DNA of 61,517 nt, counting the filler, from Stramenopiles sp. TOSAG23-2 (lineage: Eukaryota), in the NCBI GenBank assembly GCA_900128395.1. It is 5 parts of 5 records of this genome, joined end to end, with 100 filler letters (N's around TTAATTAATTAA, not from the genome) between each part and the next. Parts side by side here need not be neighbours in the genome. Positions count along the whole stretch, not along the records: positions 37,020 to 49,223 come from LT649870.1; positions 49,324 to 61,517 come from LT649871.1; 3 more parts are not named here. One strand, 5' to 3'. Under the pieces are notes generated by a model that was not told where the DNA came from, ran no database searches, and saw nothing but the letters and a program-made list of their open reading frames with translations. Positions 46,021 to 58,399 of the stretch are shown one piece after another (within the stretch, counting starts at the first letter, position 1; each line of letters opens with the position of its first letter). Both the position numbers and the translations under genes were made by a program.

Positions 46021-47955
46021 CTACATAATTGGCGCCGTTGGTTTTGCAGTTTTTTTTGGTAAATTGTAATCTGTTGTTGGTTTTGGTTGCAATTCAAAAG
46101 ATTCTTGTTCCACGTATACCGATTTCAATTCCCCTAATGGTTCGCTTGGTGCTGCTACACTTTTTAATTTTGCAATTAAACGTGATGAATCTGCATCATC
46201 CTCATCCTCATCAATAATGTTGCCGCCATCGCCACCAAATGCTTGGTATGTAGCCGATGGAGATGCTTGATTCATTCTTCCCCCATTGATAACTTTTGAT
46301 GGCATTAAATAATCAGTTGCTCTACCTAAATCGCCAAGCCCTAATGCTGCACTTGTAGGACCTAAACTTCTTGTCCCTTGCAATTGCATTTCATTAATTT
46401 CTTTATTCAGCCATTTAATTACTTGTTGGTTGGATTGCAATAAATTGTTGGATTCATCTAAATTTTTACTCTTTCGTTCCAATTCATTTTCCAAACGATA
46501 TATTGTATCGTTTGCTTTTGCTAATTCACTTTCTAACTCACGTCTTGCCGCACGGGATATATCAATTTCTTTCTCTTTATTTGACAAAGTTTCTTCTTGC
46601 TTGGCTATGATGGCACCTTTGACTTTTCCTTTTGAACGCAATTGCCTTTGCTCACCATGGATTCGTTGAATAATTTCATTCCCTTTGTTAATTTCATTCA
46701 CGCTTGCTTGGAATTTTGCCTCCACTTTTTCCAGCTGTGTTTTGTACATTGCAAGCGCTTCTTCCATGTTAGCACGTTGATCCCCAGCCGCCATCAAGCG
46801 CTGTTCCATTTGATCCAATGTTTCTTGTTTGTCTTGAAGTTGTTGATCCAATGCTGCTTGTTGAATCTGCGCTTTGTGTACTTTTTTATCCACTTCAAAT
46901 TTAGATGTATCTAGTTCACGGTTTCGTTTTCTTAATCCTTCCACTTCTTGCCTTAGGTTATCGATTTGGCGTAAACGATCACTTTCACTATTTTCTAACT
47001 CTTCGTTCCGGGTTGCTAAGCGTGTTTTTTGTTGGACTAATGCTGGCGCTTCCGTCAACGCATTGTTTAAACGAAGTTGCAAATCTTCTACCGTTGCTTT
47101 ATAATTATTCTCCAAGTCTTGCTTTTGCATCATAAATTCCTCCCTAGCTTTTGACAATGCATATTGTTGCTCACTTTCTTTACGCGCTAATAATGTTTGA
47201 TTATTTCGTTCTGAATCTTCTTGTGAATTTTGAAAGCGATGTTTCACGGTGGACAATTCTTTATTTAATTGCTCATTAAGCTCCTCTTGCGTCTTCAATT
47301 TTCTTTCTGTTTTATCCAGTCTTGATCCTAAACGTTTATTTGTTTGCATTACTTGTTCTAAACGCGATGCTAAATAACCTTTAATAGTTGTATCCGTACC
47401 ACATACTAGTTTCAAACGCAAGTGTGTTAAATTTTTAAATTTATTTGCTTCAATTAAATCAAACGAAGCTTGTTTGCTATTACGGCAATCCAGTTGCGCA
47501 GTAAATTTTGGTACACCATTGCCAGTCGCACTATCAGATGGTTCAATAGCGTTTCTTTCATACAATTTGCTTTGTTCTTCATCTTCTATATCATCACTAC
47601 TACTGCTACTACTATTATTATTGCTATTGCTATTCATACTTCCATTTTTTACACAATGTTCTAATAGTTCAATAAACATTGGTGCAAAACTTTGAAATTC
47701 AACGACTAAGTTTTGATCTTGTTTCAATAAATGAAATTCCTCTTCACTAACATCTAACGTGTATAAAAAAAATGGTTCATCCTCATCCGTGACTTCTACA
47801 TGTAACAAATTTTCTCTATGCGTTGCAGTAATTTTCGTACCTTTTAATACTCTTACAACTAAATGTTGTACCCTTTCATCACGTTGATTTTCAAATACTC
47901 TTACCGGGACAAATTTTTCAAACAATGGTTCATTTCGTAATAATTCCGTCGTCAT
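46021..47955 (-). CDS. SAS6: Centriole cartwheel protein SAS-6
   Basis: PISA motif VTDEDEPFFLYTLDVSEEEFHLLKQDQNLVVEFQSFAPMFIELLEHC, IEANKFKNLTHLRLKL, long coiled coil with EINKGNEII and NQQVIKWLNKEINE. Likely start is ATG 47955. Confidence 0.93.
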   Translation of the reverse strand: MTTELLRNEPLFEKFVPVRVFENQRDERVQHLVVRVLKGTKITATHRENLLHVEVTDEDEPFFLYTLDVSEEEFHLLKQDQNLVVEFQSFAPMFIELLEHCVKNGSMNSNSNNNSSSSSSDDIEDEEQSKLYERNAIEPSDSATGNGVPKFTAQLDCRNSKQASFDLIEANKFKNLTHLRLKLVCGTDTTIKGYLASRLEQVMQTNKRLGSRLDKTERKLKTQEELNEQLNKELSTVKHRFQNSQEDSERNNQTLLARKESEQQYALSKAREEFMMQKQDLENNYKATVEDLQLRLNNALTEAPALVQQKTRLATRNEELENSESDRLRQIDNLRQEVEGLRKRNRELDTSKFEVDKKVHKAQIQQAALDQQLQDKQETLDQMEQRLMAAGDQRANMEEALAMYKTQLEKVEAKFQASVNEINKGNEIIQRIHGEQRQLRSKGKVKGAIIAKQEETLSNKEKEIDISRAARRELESELAKANDTIYRLENELERKSKNLDESNNLLQSNQQVIKWLNKEINEMQLQGTRSLGPTSAALGLGDLGRATDYLMPSKVINGGRMNQASPSATYQAFGGDGGNIIDEDEDDADSSRLIAKLKSVAAPSEPLGELKSVYVEQESFELQPKPTTDYNLPKKTAKPTAPIM

Positions 47956-48065
47956 ATTTTTTATTTTGTTTTCTTTACTACTATATCTATATATGTATAT
48001 ATATATTAATACGTTCGGTTGTTCGATGTACAATAACTCTCTTGATGCATGTATATATATATATA

Positions 48066-48230
48066 TATTGATCTTTCATATCTATCTATAGATCTTTCTA
48101 TTTTTGCAATGTATTAAAAATATAATAATTTTGGTGGATTATTAACTATTGATCTTTCATATCTATCTATAGATCTTTCTATTTTTGCAATGTATTAAAA
48201 AATATATAATAATTTTGGTGGATTATTAAC
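48066..48230. repeat. ~81-84 bp tandem duplication upstream of SAS-6
   Basis: The two copies differ only in an A-run/TA microsatellite. Confidence 0.88.
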
Positions 48231-49223
48231 ACTATTCACTATTAGAACAACTATGTTGGATTAGAGAGGTGTTCCCTGTTTAGCGCCGATTTTTCAGGTC
48301 TAATTCAAAATGTGAAGGATATGCAGAAGGTAGATACTACCATTATACTAACCCTAATCCTAACCCCTCCATTGGAATGTGGAAAATATGATAGGTATTT
48401 TTACACTACGCTAATTGCACGCATTAGTAATACTTTTCCCTTTTTCTGTTCCAACAATTTTCAATTTTGAAAAAAATCCGAGAAGAGAAGTGCAGAAGAG
48501 CAATCTGGCAATCCAGGCAATTACAATGCAAGCAGAGCAAAAATGTGGATAAATAAAGAATTGCAATTCCGAATTCTAATAAATAGAATAAATGAAAAAA
48601 CAAATTTTAAAAATATAGAATTTGTTATATGTTCAGGTATATATATACAGATCAATAGATTCATATTAAAATAATAACGTACATAATTTCATTCGTTTCG
48701 TTTCGTTTTTTGTTTTTTTGCATTATTGTGTTTTGATCTGTTTTGGTTTAGAATTGTATAACTTTTATTTTGTAAAAAAAAAAATAATAATGTCCCTCAC
48801 ATCTCAAATATAATACCACCGGGGGGATGGTATATTACTTATAGTATCATATTCCTACAATCTCAAAAGATATTATGTACGAAGGATACTATACGAGGAG
48901 TATCTCTTTTATATAAAACACACCATGATATGATATACTAGTATTTTTTTTACTTTATTATTATGCTTTTGTCTGGTGTAACGTATTATTAATATAATTA
49001 TTCCATTCCGCCACACGCTCATTTGATAAAAACCAACTACACGTGGATACGTTTGCAGACTCACCACTTGCTAAATGCAATTTGATATGGTATTGTGGTT
49101 GTTTGTTTTGAGAACATCCTGAGTAACACTACTTGCATTCTTAATTTCATCAAAACTACCGTTGTACACTTTTTTGCCAAGGCATGGGTACCAATACTTT
49201 GACGTTTCAATAGTAGATGTACG

Positions 49224-49323
49224 NNNNNNNNNNNNNNNNNNNNNNNNNNNNNNNNNNNNNNNNNNNNTTAATTAATTAANNNNNNNNNNNNNNNNNNNNN
49301 NNNNNNNNNNNNNNNNNNNNNNN
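49224..49323. other. Artificial contig spacer
   Basis: 44 N + TTAATTAATTAA + 44 N. Confidence 0.99.
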
Positions 49324-50464
49324 ATCTTACAGTCGCACAAGTTCGTTTGTTAATTAAAGTGTTGAAAAATAATACGTCGTTGAAAATGTTAGAAATGCCA
49401 TGGTATAAATTGGATGAAGAATCGATTGAATTGCTTTTTAAAGTAAAACATGGAGCAATAACAAATAAATTAATTGTTGCATGTGAAAAAGGACGTTTTG
49501 AGGATGTGAAATTATTGATTACAGGGCGTAATAATAAATCGTTAACCTATCTTTTAGCATACAATGGTGGAAACGATAATGATGATGTGTTGAAGTATTT
49601 AATTAGTAAAGGTAGTGGTGATGAAAATGATATTCGATTCGGTCGTTCAGATAAATTAAAGATTAAATACAAAGAAGAATTTCCACGCAAAACGCCATTA
49701 GTATGTGCATGTGAAAAAGGACGTTTTGAGGATGTGAAATTATTGATTACAGGGCGTAATAATGATGTGAATGGTAGTAATGGTAATAATAATAATAATA
49801 TGACAGTGAAAGAATACGTGAATCAAGTCGGTACAAATAGTTATGGTGATGATCGTACACCTTTAATGGCAGCTGTAGAGAACGAACATTTCCAAATAGT
49901 TAAATATTTGATTGAACAAGGTGAAGCTGATCCTAATATTGAATGTTATGGAAGGAATGCATTACATTTTGCAGCACAGTATAACAAAAAGGATACGAAG
50001 TTGATTGAGTTGTTATTAACTCATATGTCTCTTACAGTACTAGCATTAATAAGAAGGGCGGGTACATGGGAGGCACTCCCCTGGACTTGGCATATAATAA
50101 TCGTATTCCAATTCAACAAAAGATCATTGATCTTATACGTTCAAAAGGTGGAAAACGTGCAATAGTTAAATATTTGATTGAACAAGGTGAAGCTGATCCT
50201 AATATTGCAAATAGTGATGGACAGAATGCATTACATTTAGCAGCACGTGATAACAAAAAGGATACGAAGTTGATTGAGTTGTTATTAACTCATATGTCTC
50301 TTACAGTACTAGCATTAATAAGAAGGGCGGGTACATGGGAGGCACTCCCCTGGACTTGGCATATAATAATCGTATTCCAATTCAACAAAAGATCATTGAT
50401 CTTATACGTTCAAAAGGTGGAAAACGTGCAAGTGAATTATAAAAAAATTAAACTATTAATATAA
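49324..50464 (+). pseudogene. 5'-truncated ankyrin-repeat gene with a frameshift and internal duplications (pseudogene or collapsed paralogues)
   Basis: Ankyrin units KTPLVCACEKG, RTPLMAAVENEH, RNALHFAA, GTPLDLA. The frame changes at ~50035-50045: HMSLT should continue SINKKGGYMGGTPLDLA in another frame. The ~267-bp segment 49894-50160 recurs at 50161-50431 with the same frameshift. Confidence 0.7.
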
Positions 50465-51140
50465 TTACATTAACCATGCAAGTAATGCGTTTCAAAATAT
50501 TTTAACAAACGTTTCTAAATATCTAAATACACCTCCTCTCCTTATTTTAATAATAATATTTGAAATCAATTGTTTTTTTTTAAAAAAATCTATAAATATA
50601 AAAATGTTAATAATTATTTAAATTATTATTTAAAAAATGCGAAATAAATCATTATCATTCTTTTAGTTAAATATATCTATTTAAAATAATTAGACAATAC
50701 CAAACGAAGAACAATAGGAATTGAAAACTGCAAACAAATTTCATTGATTTTTCTATATTATCACGTATGATATGATACATTTATAATGAGATAAATATAA
50801 ATGGAACACATATATTTGTATTATTATATATAATGACACGGATAATGATTCAAATATTCATTTGTCACAGGTACAGTGTTGTAAAAAATCATAAACAAAA
50901 TACGTAATGAAACACCGCAACACCGCAGATCACTCTCTGATTAAAAAAAGATACAATACAATATGAGAAACAAGAAAATGAGAGTCAAGGAGAGTTTATG
51001 GTTAAATAATTAAATATAAAAGAGAAATTATTAAAAGAAACGTGGAAAATATGTTAAAATTAATTTCTATTACTCTGTTTTAAAACACTCTGTTACACAC
51101 ATTTTATTAAATAAATCATCATCACCCTTCTTCAAACAAT

Positions 51141-53086
51141 TTAATCACTACTATCATCACTACTACTATCACTATCAATCAATGGTTTAATAACAATTGT
51201 ATTTGTATTTCCATCATCATCTGACTCCGTATCTTCATCTTCTTGTTCTTTACCTACTTTATCATTCGTAATAATAGATTTCATATTATCTTCCTCCTTC
51301 GTTTTCCCTAATGATTCACCTACTACTTCCATTGCATTTGATGATTTAATCCTTTCATTCGCGAGTACCATTGCTTGTTGTTGTTGAATTGATGGCTCTG
51401 ATTGATAACTTTGAGCAATACCAGATAAACCTTGAACAGCTTTCATTGGTTTTGTTTCACCTAATCGTTGCTCTAATCCTTTAAATGTACGTTTTGTATT
51501 CATATATTCACTTGCTGTATGTACTGCTACTGTAGAATGTTCTGCATAATTTACGATTTCATTACTATTACTAATAGTCGTTTCATTATCATTTTCTGTA
51601 TGCCGTAATGATTTCATTTTACCATCGATTAAAGACATATATGGTAATGATACATCATCATCATCATTTGTATCCAGAGATGGTAAATCAATCACTTTAA
51701 TCTTTCCATCCTTTAATATTGTTTGGTTTGTCTTTACATTATTATCATTACTTGTTGTATTTGTTTCGTTTTTATTATTACCATCCTCCTCTTCCTTCTC
51801 TCCTAATATATCTGAATAATCTGTACTATATGAACCATTCCATTCACGTTTTGGATTCAATGCAACTTCTAATTCAAATGGTGTAACAATTGGTTTATAA
51901 AACTCTTTATTATCTAATAATGAATTTTCAGGACATGCAATTAGTACATATACATCGACTTCACTATGATTTGCTAATTTTGCTACATTAATTTTACCAA
52001 CGATGAATGTATAATATTTCCTCCCCATTGATTTTAATAATTGTTTTACACGTATCAATACATCTTTATACCGAGCTACACTCAATGTGCCAACTAATAT
52101 ACCAAAAATAGATGCATCTTTTGCTTTTTGTACTTGAAAATAACGTTTATTCACTAATTTTCCAACTTTATTCATTGCAGGTTGTAGAAATGAAGTTGTT
52201 GTTGTTGTTGTTGATGATTTGTCCTTGTCGTAATTATTATTATTTGGATCATATATCAAAAATGTATGCATATTATAACGCATGATTAAACGTATTAATC
52301 GTGGTGTTTGTGTACCAATATATATAAATATAGTTTTATCATTGATAATATTAATATCATTTGATTCAGTCATTAATTCAATATATTGACCTTGTATTGT
52401 AATAAATGTTTTGTTGTTATTACTTGTGGTAGTATTACTACTTGTTGCTTCGATCATTGAATTATCATTTGATGTTGTTGTTGTATATACATTGTTATAT
52501 TCAATTAATTTCATTTTAATTTCATTCATTGCATAAGCATATTCAACATCATGTAATATTATATATGTTGTCATGTCATCATCATCGTCATTATTAACAT
52601 TTTCTTTCATACGATTGTTTTTTTCCATTAGAAATTGATTTATAAAATGATTTACATTTATATTTGCTTTACCAAAAATATATTTCACAGGTAAGCATGA
52701 ATTTTGTTGTAAACAAGAACGTCCATAATGTATTACAGCATCTGCACCTAAATGTGATGCAGCAACTTCATCAACACAGCATTCACCATATGATGTATCA
52801 CCAAGTATAAATAACAATGGTTGTTTCATCAATGTTATTGTTTTATCTTCAGTTTCTTGTGGTGTTTTTCCTTCAATAATTATTAAATTCTTCATAAAAT
52901 CATTTACATGTGTTAATATTTTTGGTGCATCAATTAAATAATAATCAGGTAATTGAAACCCTACTTTTTGAAATTTATGTTGAAGAATATATTTCGCAAC
53001 TGTTTTGTTTTCATAATAATTATTAAATTCTATATCTGATTTCCATCGAGTTTTACCTTTGTCTTCATTTATTATCGTTGTTTTTG

Positions 53087-53118
<32 letters not shown>

Positions 53119-53240
53119 TGTAATATATCAATATCAATGTTATTTACATATCCAGCTGGTGTAGTACCATCGTCGACATTTAATGTTCTTTGCATGACTT
53201 TCGATCCATCATCAAATTCAATTTTAATACTAGCAGCCAT
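51141..53240 (-). CDS. DPH2: Diphthamide biosynthesis protein 2, 699 aa
   Basis: LQLPD-like FQLPD, ILGDTSYGECCVDEVAASH, IHYGRSC, GILVGTL, VGKINVAKLAN, IACPENSL, FYKPIVTPFEL, RTFKGLE, GLSGIA. Confidence 0.9.
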
Positions 53241-53488
53241 ATTTCTTGTTGTTATATATTTTCTATTTTGATCTTTTTAAGATATATATATATACGTGTA
53301 CGGTAATGTTTGGTTCAATTTCCACCACAATTTTGTTCTAAAATGAATAAAATTGTGTATAATTAATATAACCGTGTATATATATATATATATATATATT
53401 GAAGTATAATATAACTACGGCACAATATATACCTCGTAATATTATTGGTGATAGAGAAGAGGAGAGATATGCGTAGATGGTTACCACG

Positions 53489-53520
<32 letters not shown>

Positions 53521-53701
53521 TTTCTTTCTAATTTTTTTTCCTCCTCCTTAGTTATTCATTATTCATTATATAATGAATATGGTCAAGTCAAAGAAAAGTT
53601 CACCACATTGAAAGGTCCATCAAAAACAACCGCATTTTGAGAAACTACTCTTGAGCGAGTTGGAAGATTAAAAATAATGATCTTGAGATGTTGAGATGGT
53701 G

Positions 53702-53908
53702 TGTTAAGATCTAAACGTTATATAATAATTTTAATACTCAATTAACAATTCAATATCCTACGAACCGAGTTAACTAAAGAGACAGAGTAAAGCTCTCTCT
53801 AAATGCTAAATGGCACCGTTTACCAAAACTCTCAAATACTCTCTACAAGCATTGAGTAGGTTTCTTCTATCCTTCCATGTTCGTTCGTTGAACGCGATGG
53901 ACGTCGGG
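53702..53908 (-). repeat. Copy of the dispersed ~200-bp element also found at 3523-3717
   Basis: The reverse complement CCCGACGTCCATCGCGTTCAACG...GAACATGGAAGGATAGAAGAAACCTACT...TGCTTGTAGAG...GAGCTTTACT...GTAGGATA...TTGAGTATT...TTAGATCTTAACA is collinear with 3523-3717. Confidence 0.8.
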
Positions 53909-54052
53909 TGTCACTCGAAAGTGATCCCTGACTGTGCAACTTTTGCTTTTCTTCAATAAAGAATGTAGAACCTATTGTCCAATGCTCACTTCTTCTTGCT
54001 TATAAATATACATATTCAAATTTAACACACAATTATATCCAAAGCGTTTTCT

Positions 54053-55356
54053 CTACCGTCTAGAACGAATTCTAGTTGTACTCACTTGGAAACTCCAATA
54101 TAAAAACAAGAAACCTAATAATACAATGGTTACCATGACAAACCCATCTTCACGTTCTTGGTATTCTTGTAAACATTTATCTGGATTTTCTTCCCAAAAT
54201 CTCTTATCAAATCGTGACATCATTTGTTCACAAATGACAGGCAATGGTTTGTTTTCCCAAAAACCAATCTCACCCATTGATGTCGTTACAATTGGGCCTC
54301 TACGATATATACGACGTAATGGATCCGTAATGATAATATGTGCAACTGCAAATGCACGATCAGCTTGTTTTAATATCCATTGCGCCGTCCATCCTTGTAT
54401 ACCAACCACTGCGAAATTTAAACTAAATGTTTCCGCTAATACGACGGTAATAATAATTGTACGTAACCAATATTTCATTAACCAATTAATCATATCATGC
54501 AACCAATCGCTAAATTCAGTATGTTTTGCACTCCAATATTTACGCATAACTTTTAATGTGACTTGTTTATGATTTAATGGGGATACTTCCACTGGTTTCA
54601 ATTGAAAGATTTTATCCTGAAATTGTTTTATATAATATGATATTTAAAACGTAGGTTAGTATGATGCTGATGTATATATATATATATATAACAATGTGCT
54701 TTCATTGATGATAATATAGACGTAGAAGGATAGTAAGGGATGAATGGTTGTCCGAAAAGAATACATATATATATAATACTACATACCTCATCATTTTCAT
54801 CATTACAAAACGTTTCAGGATTCATTACAAGTGCTGAAAATGGATATGCTTTCGTACCATCTTTATTTTTCACCCATTGTGGCCATTTATCAGTCGTTTT
54901 AAATGCCCAATACAAACTACGTAATAATTTACGTAATTCTTCTAAATCCATGTTTTTATATATAGATACTTTCTTTGTATCTGCTATTAATGGTTCAAAA
55001 TAGATTGGAAATAAAAATTCTATATAACGTGTACATAAAATAACAATGAGATCAAGTACAATTATAAACATCCATGTTTCCAATGAACCACCTAATATAA
55101 ATGCAAAGAAACAAGACCCTAGAATCAAAACAGTTGATGCTACTTGTGGATTTTTATCGCGTAGATCACGTATATACGTTGCTAATTTTCTATTTTGGCA
55201 TGCTTTTTCTTTTAAGATAAAAGTAATATCATATGGTCCTTGTATTGTACCCCAAACGGATTCAAATTCACCATGTAAACCATTACGTAAAAACCGTGTT
55301 TTATCATCATCAATATTTGGATAAAATGTTGCACCACCACCGACTGCATTTGCCAT
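54053..55356 (-). CDS. Uncharacterised membrane protein; exons 55356-54787, 54616-54053 (~377 aa)
   Basis: Phase-0 intron 54786-54617 (GTATGT...TACTAAC...CAG) joins the 242-aa and 182-aa ORFs. About four hydrophobic segments. Confidence 0.78.
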
Positions 55357-56018
55357 TTTTATTATTATTATTTATTTTTTGTGTGTGTGTATTTTTTTTG
55401 TGTATGTGTGTATATAACTGATTGATATTATTCAATATTTCAATATAATAATCTGAATTACCGTGTGTGTATTATTATGATATATATGTTATATAACAAT
55501 AAATCAAAAGAAAGAAAATATTGTTGTTATTTTCTAAATTACAACTATTTTATTATTATTTATTAATTAATTAAAAAAAAAAAATTATCTCAATTTGATG
55601 ATGAACAAATATATAATACTACCTTTAAAAAAATACGATACAAGAATATATATCTTATTGAATATTACTGCAGCTATTATTACAATGATGAATGATATCA
55701 CGTATAATACTAAATAAATATATGAAAACAATGTACTTTCAACTTTTTCCATGATGTACCTCTCTCTCCTCTCCTCTCCTACACACACAAACTTCTATTA
55801 ATTTCTTCTGTTTTTTTGTTTTTTTTTTGACCACCCAACATACCTGTTTAGGGGACGGTCGAATGGCCACTTGTACTTTATGTAGACTAATCACTATTGA
55901 TTACCTATACAATACGATGTAATGCTATGTCATGCTACTGGAAAGAGTGAGACCCATTTTCCAATAGTGTATCGATATAATTTATTGATGTTTTTTAGCC
56001 CATGCTGTGTGTATGGTA

Positions 56019-56196
56019 CGGCCAATTTTGAACTTAGCATGGAATAGCATAAATAATGGTGTGTAGGTGCTAGCAAATTGTAGTGAGTGCTGTGTGATGC
56101 TATCTCGCGGCCAATTTTGAACTTAGCATGGAATAGCATAAATAATGGTGTGTAGGTGCTAGCAAATTGTAGTGAGTGCTGTGTGATGCTATTTCG
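56019..56196. repeat. 89-bp tandem duplication
   Basis: CGGCCAATTTTGAACTTAGCATGGAATAGCAT...GTGTGATGCTAT starts at 56019 and again at 56108. Confidence 0.9.
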
Positions 56197-56237
56197 TGGC
56201 CATTATTTGGCCATTTATGAAACCCTATAGGCTATAG

Positions 56238-56483
56238 GAGTCATTGGTGTTAAAAATGGCGAATTCAAATTATTTTTTATTGTTTTTTCAACTTTTTTTT
56301 TTCCAGCCCCTCTAGTATATAAATAAGCATTGCACACAGAATTTCAGGGTTTTTTTTTTTTAATAATACTAACATACCTTAACTTTTATATGTAATGCTA
56401 TTTCATACCAGAGGGTCTGAAAAAAAAAAGTTGGAAACAAATAAAAAAAAATATAAATTTGCCATCTTTAATGTTGATAACTC
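56238..56483. mobile_element. Foldback/MITE-like element with ~110-bp diverged inverted arms
   Basis: Arm 56238-56349 aligns with the reverse complement of 56377-56483, e.g. AAAAATGGCGAATT vs AAAGATGGCAAATT and CAAC(T)nCCAGCCCCTCTAGTAT vs CAAC(T)nCAGACCCTCTGGTAT. No ORF. Confidence 0.65.
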
Positions 56484-57045
56484 TAAACACTCATGAATTT
56501 TTATTTATGGTTATTTTTTATTTTTTATTAGGCCTATCAAAGCCTATTTTACACTATGAAGAGATATCGAATATAACATTACACATAATATAAATAATTC
56601 TGCCAAATTAGTACAGACGGAATTTGATCAGAGATCTGAAAAATCATTTGCGATGCTATTCCCTTCTAAACTAAAAAGAAACCCATTGTATTATATTACC
56701 TGGTATTGTATATCTATAATATAAATAAAAATTGACACCATCTTTTTCTTTTGTTGAGTACTTGTAGACTTGTAGATATCTTTTTTTGTCAGTGTATAGT
56801 TTATAACTATAAATATTAATACTATTATTAATACTATAGCAACAACACTATAATACCATCGACCATCGACCGGTAAACTCTTTTGTCGTTGAAATAATAA
56901 TAATAATTATTTTATCTCCTCTCTAATATAATAACCTGGCTAACGGAAGTTGCATACATAAGCGTTTTATATTTATGATTACATCTATGATAGATACATG
57001 AAATTATAAATATAAAGCCTTGTGAAAACTGTAATTATTTAAATT

Positions 57046-58358
57046 ATGTCAAGTGAAGAAGAGAAAAAATTTGCTGCACAGGAGGAGACTGAAGAAACAA
57101 AGGGAAAAAATGATAGTCCATTGGAAACAAAGTTAAAAAAGTATAATGCAGCATTCGATGAAATTAAAAGAGGTATTAGTAATAACACTTTGATAGACAC
57201 AAAGCTAACAAATGCTCTTAAAACTATTGAAAAGAATAATATTTTCGAAGGCGTTCGTTACGTTAAAATAAACCAAGAAAAACCAAATGAATACATGCAT
57301 TTTCAGCAAATAGAGGTTTTTGATACTACAAATACAAATATTGCGTTAAAAAATTCCACAGTTACTGCTAGTTCGTTTTTTAACGAAAAAATTAAAAACG
57401 AGAATATTATTGATGGAGACAGTGATATTAATTCGAAATGGCCTAATTGCAATCATACGAACAATGGAGCAAAGGAATGGATTGAATTAGACCTATTAAA
57501 AAATTGCGACTTACTAAGGGTAGTTATTACAAATATCAATCAAAATGATAAATTATTCAGGGCAAAGACTTGTACGTTAGAATTGTTAAATGAAAATCGT
57601 GCGTCCATGGCTAAATTTACATTAAAAGCATTTTGGAAGCAGACCTTTGGTTATCTTATCGGAGAGAATGGGAAATCAATATTTCATGAATTTGCAACAT
57701 CGGAATATAGTTTTGCAGATAATATTTGGGATAAAATGAAACCAGGAAGTATGAAATTTGCAACTGACTTACAGTTATCTTATGATGTGAATGGCCACAC
57801 ACCATTGTTGGCTGCATTATGCAATCCTAACATCAAATCAGCTCCATACATCAATCATTTCATAAATCAAGCTTCAATAAAAATAGATGTGCTTAATATG
57901 ACAAAAGGCCAGAAAGAAAATGTAACGCCATTGCATATTGCTCACAAATATAAACATGAAATGACGACAATAAATGCTATGAAAACCCTACGAAAAGACA
58001 TGGAAAATATGCCAGATCATAGCGGCCGAAAGCCATTCCAATGTCGCCCAGAGTTATTTGGTGATCTTTCTCGGATCCAACGCCACACTGCATTAAAAGA
58101 TATCGAGGTTACATTAGCACTTGCATTAAAGGATGATAAAAATGTTTTGAAAAAAAAACTTTCCCACGACAAAGCTGACGAAGTTAGAAGAAAACATGGT
58201 GGTGCAGATGTTGCTAAAAGGAAAGATGCGTTAGTAAAAGCAGCAAAAGATGGCAATCTAGATGATTGTAAAATTTTAATTGAAGATGGTGAGGATATTA
58301 ATTGGAATGCAGCATCTCAAGATATGAACACACCGTTAACAAGAGCAGCTGCTTCCGG
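57046..58358 (+). CDS. 5' part of a large discoidin/F5-8C-like + ankyrin protein (continues in the inverted segment 61517-58400)
   Basis: RYVKI...MHFQQIEVFD...NIAL...ASS...IDGD...HT...EWIELDL (galactose-binding/discoidin-like), then ankyrins GHTPLLAA, VTPLHIA, ALVKAAKDG, NTPLTRAA. Confidence 0.8.
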
Positions 58359-58399
58359 TCTAGATGATTGTAAAATTTTAATTGAAGATGGTGAGGATA

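Noticed and set aside
48348-48366. CTAACCCTAATCCTAACCC telomere-like sequence (interstitial repeat, telo-box or telomerase RNA template)
   Set aside because: Only about three degenerate units, internal to a contig, with no recognisable supporting structure or promoter.
49000-49223. Possible 3' end of a gene on the minus strand at the end of contig 4
   Set aside because: Two frames are open for only ~50 codons with no recognisable motif, so a call cannot be supported.
12268-49323. Four identical TTAATTAATTAA palindromes inside N runs, and apparent gene neighbourhoods across them
   Set aside because: These are artificial linkers. Segment lengths fall monotonically (12267, 12228, 12224, 12204, 12194), showing size-sorted concatenation, so cross-contig clustering is meaningless.
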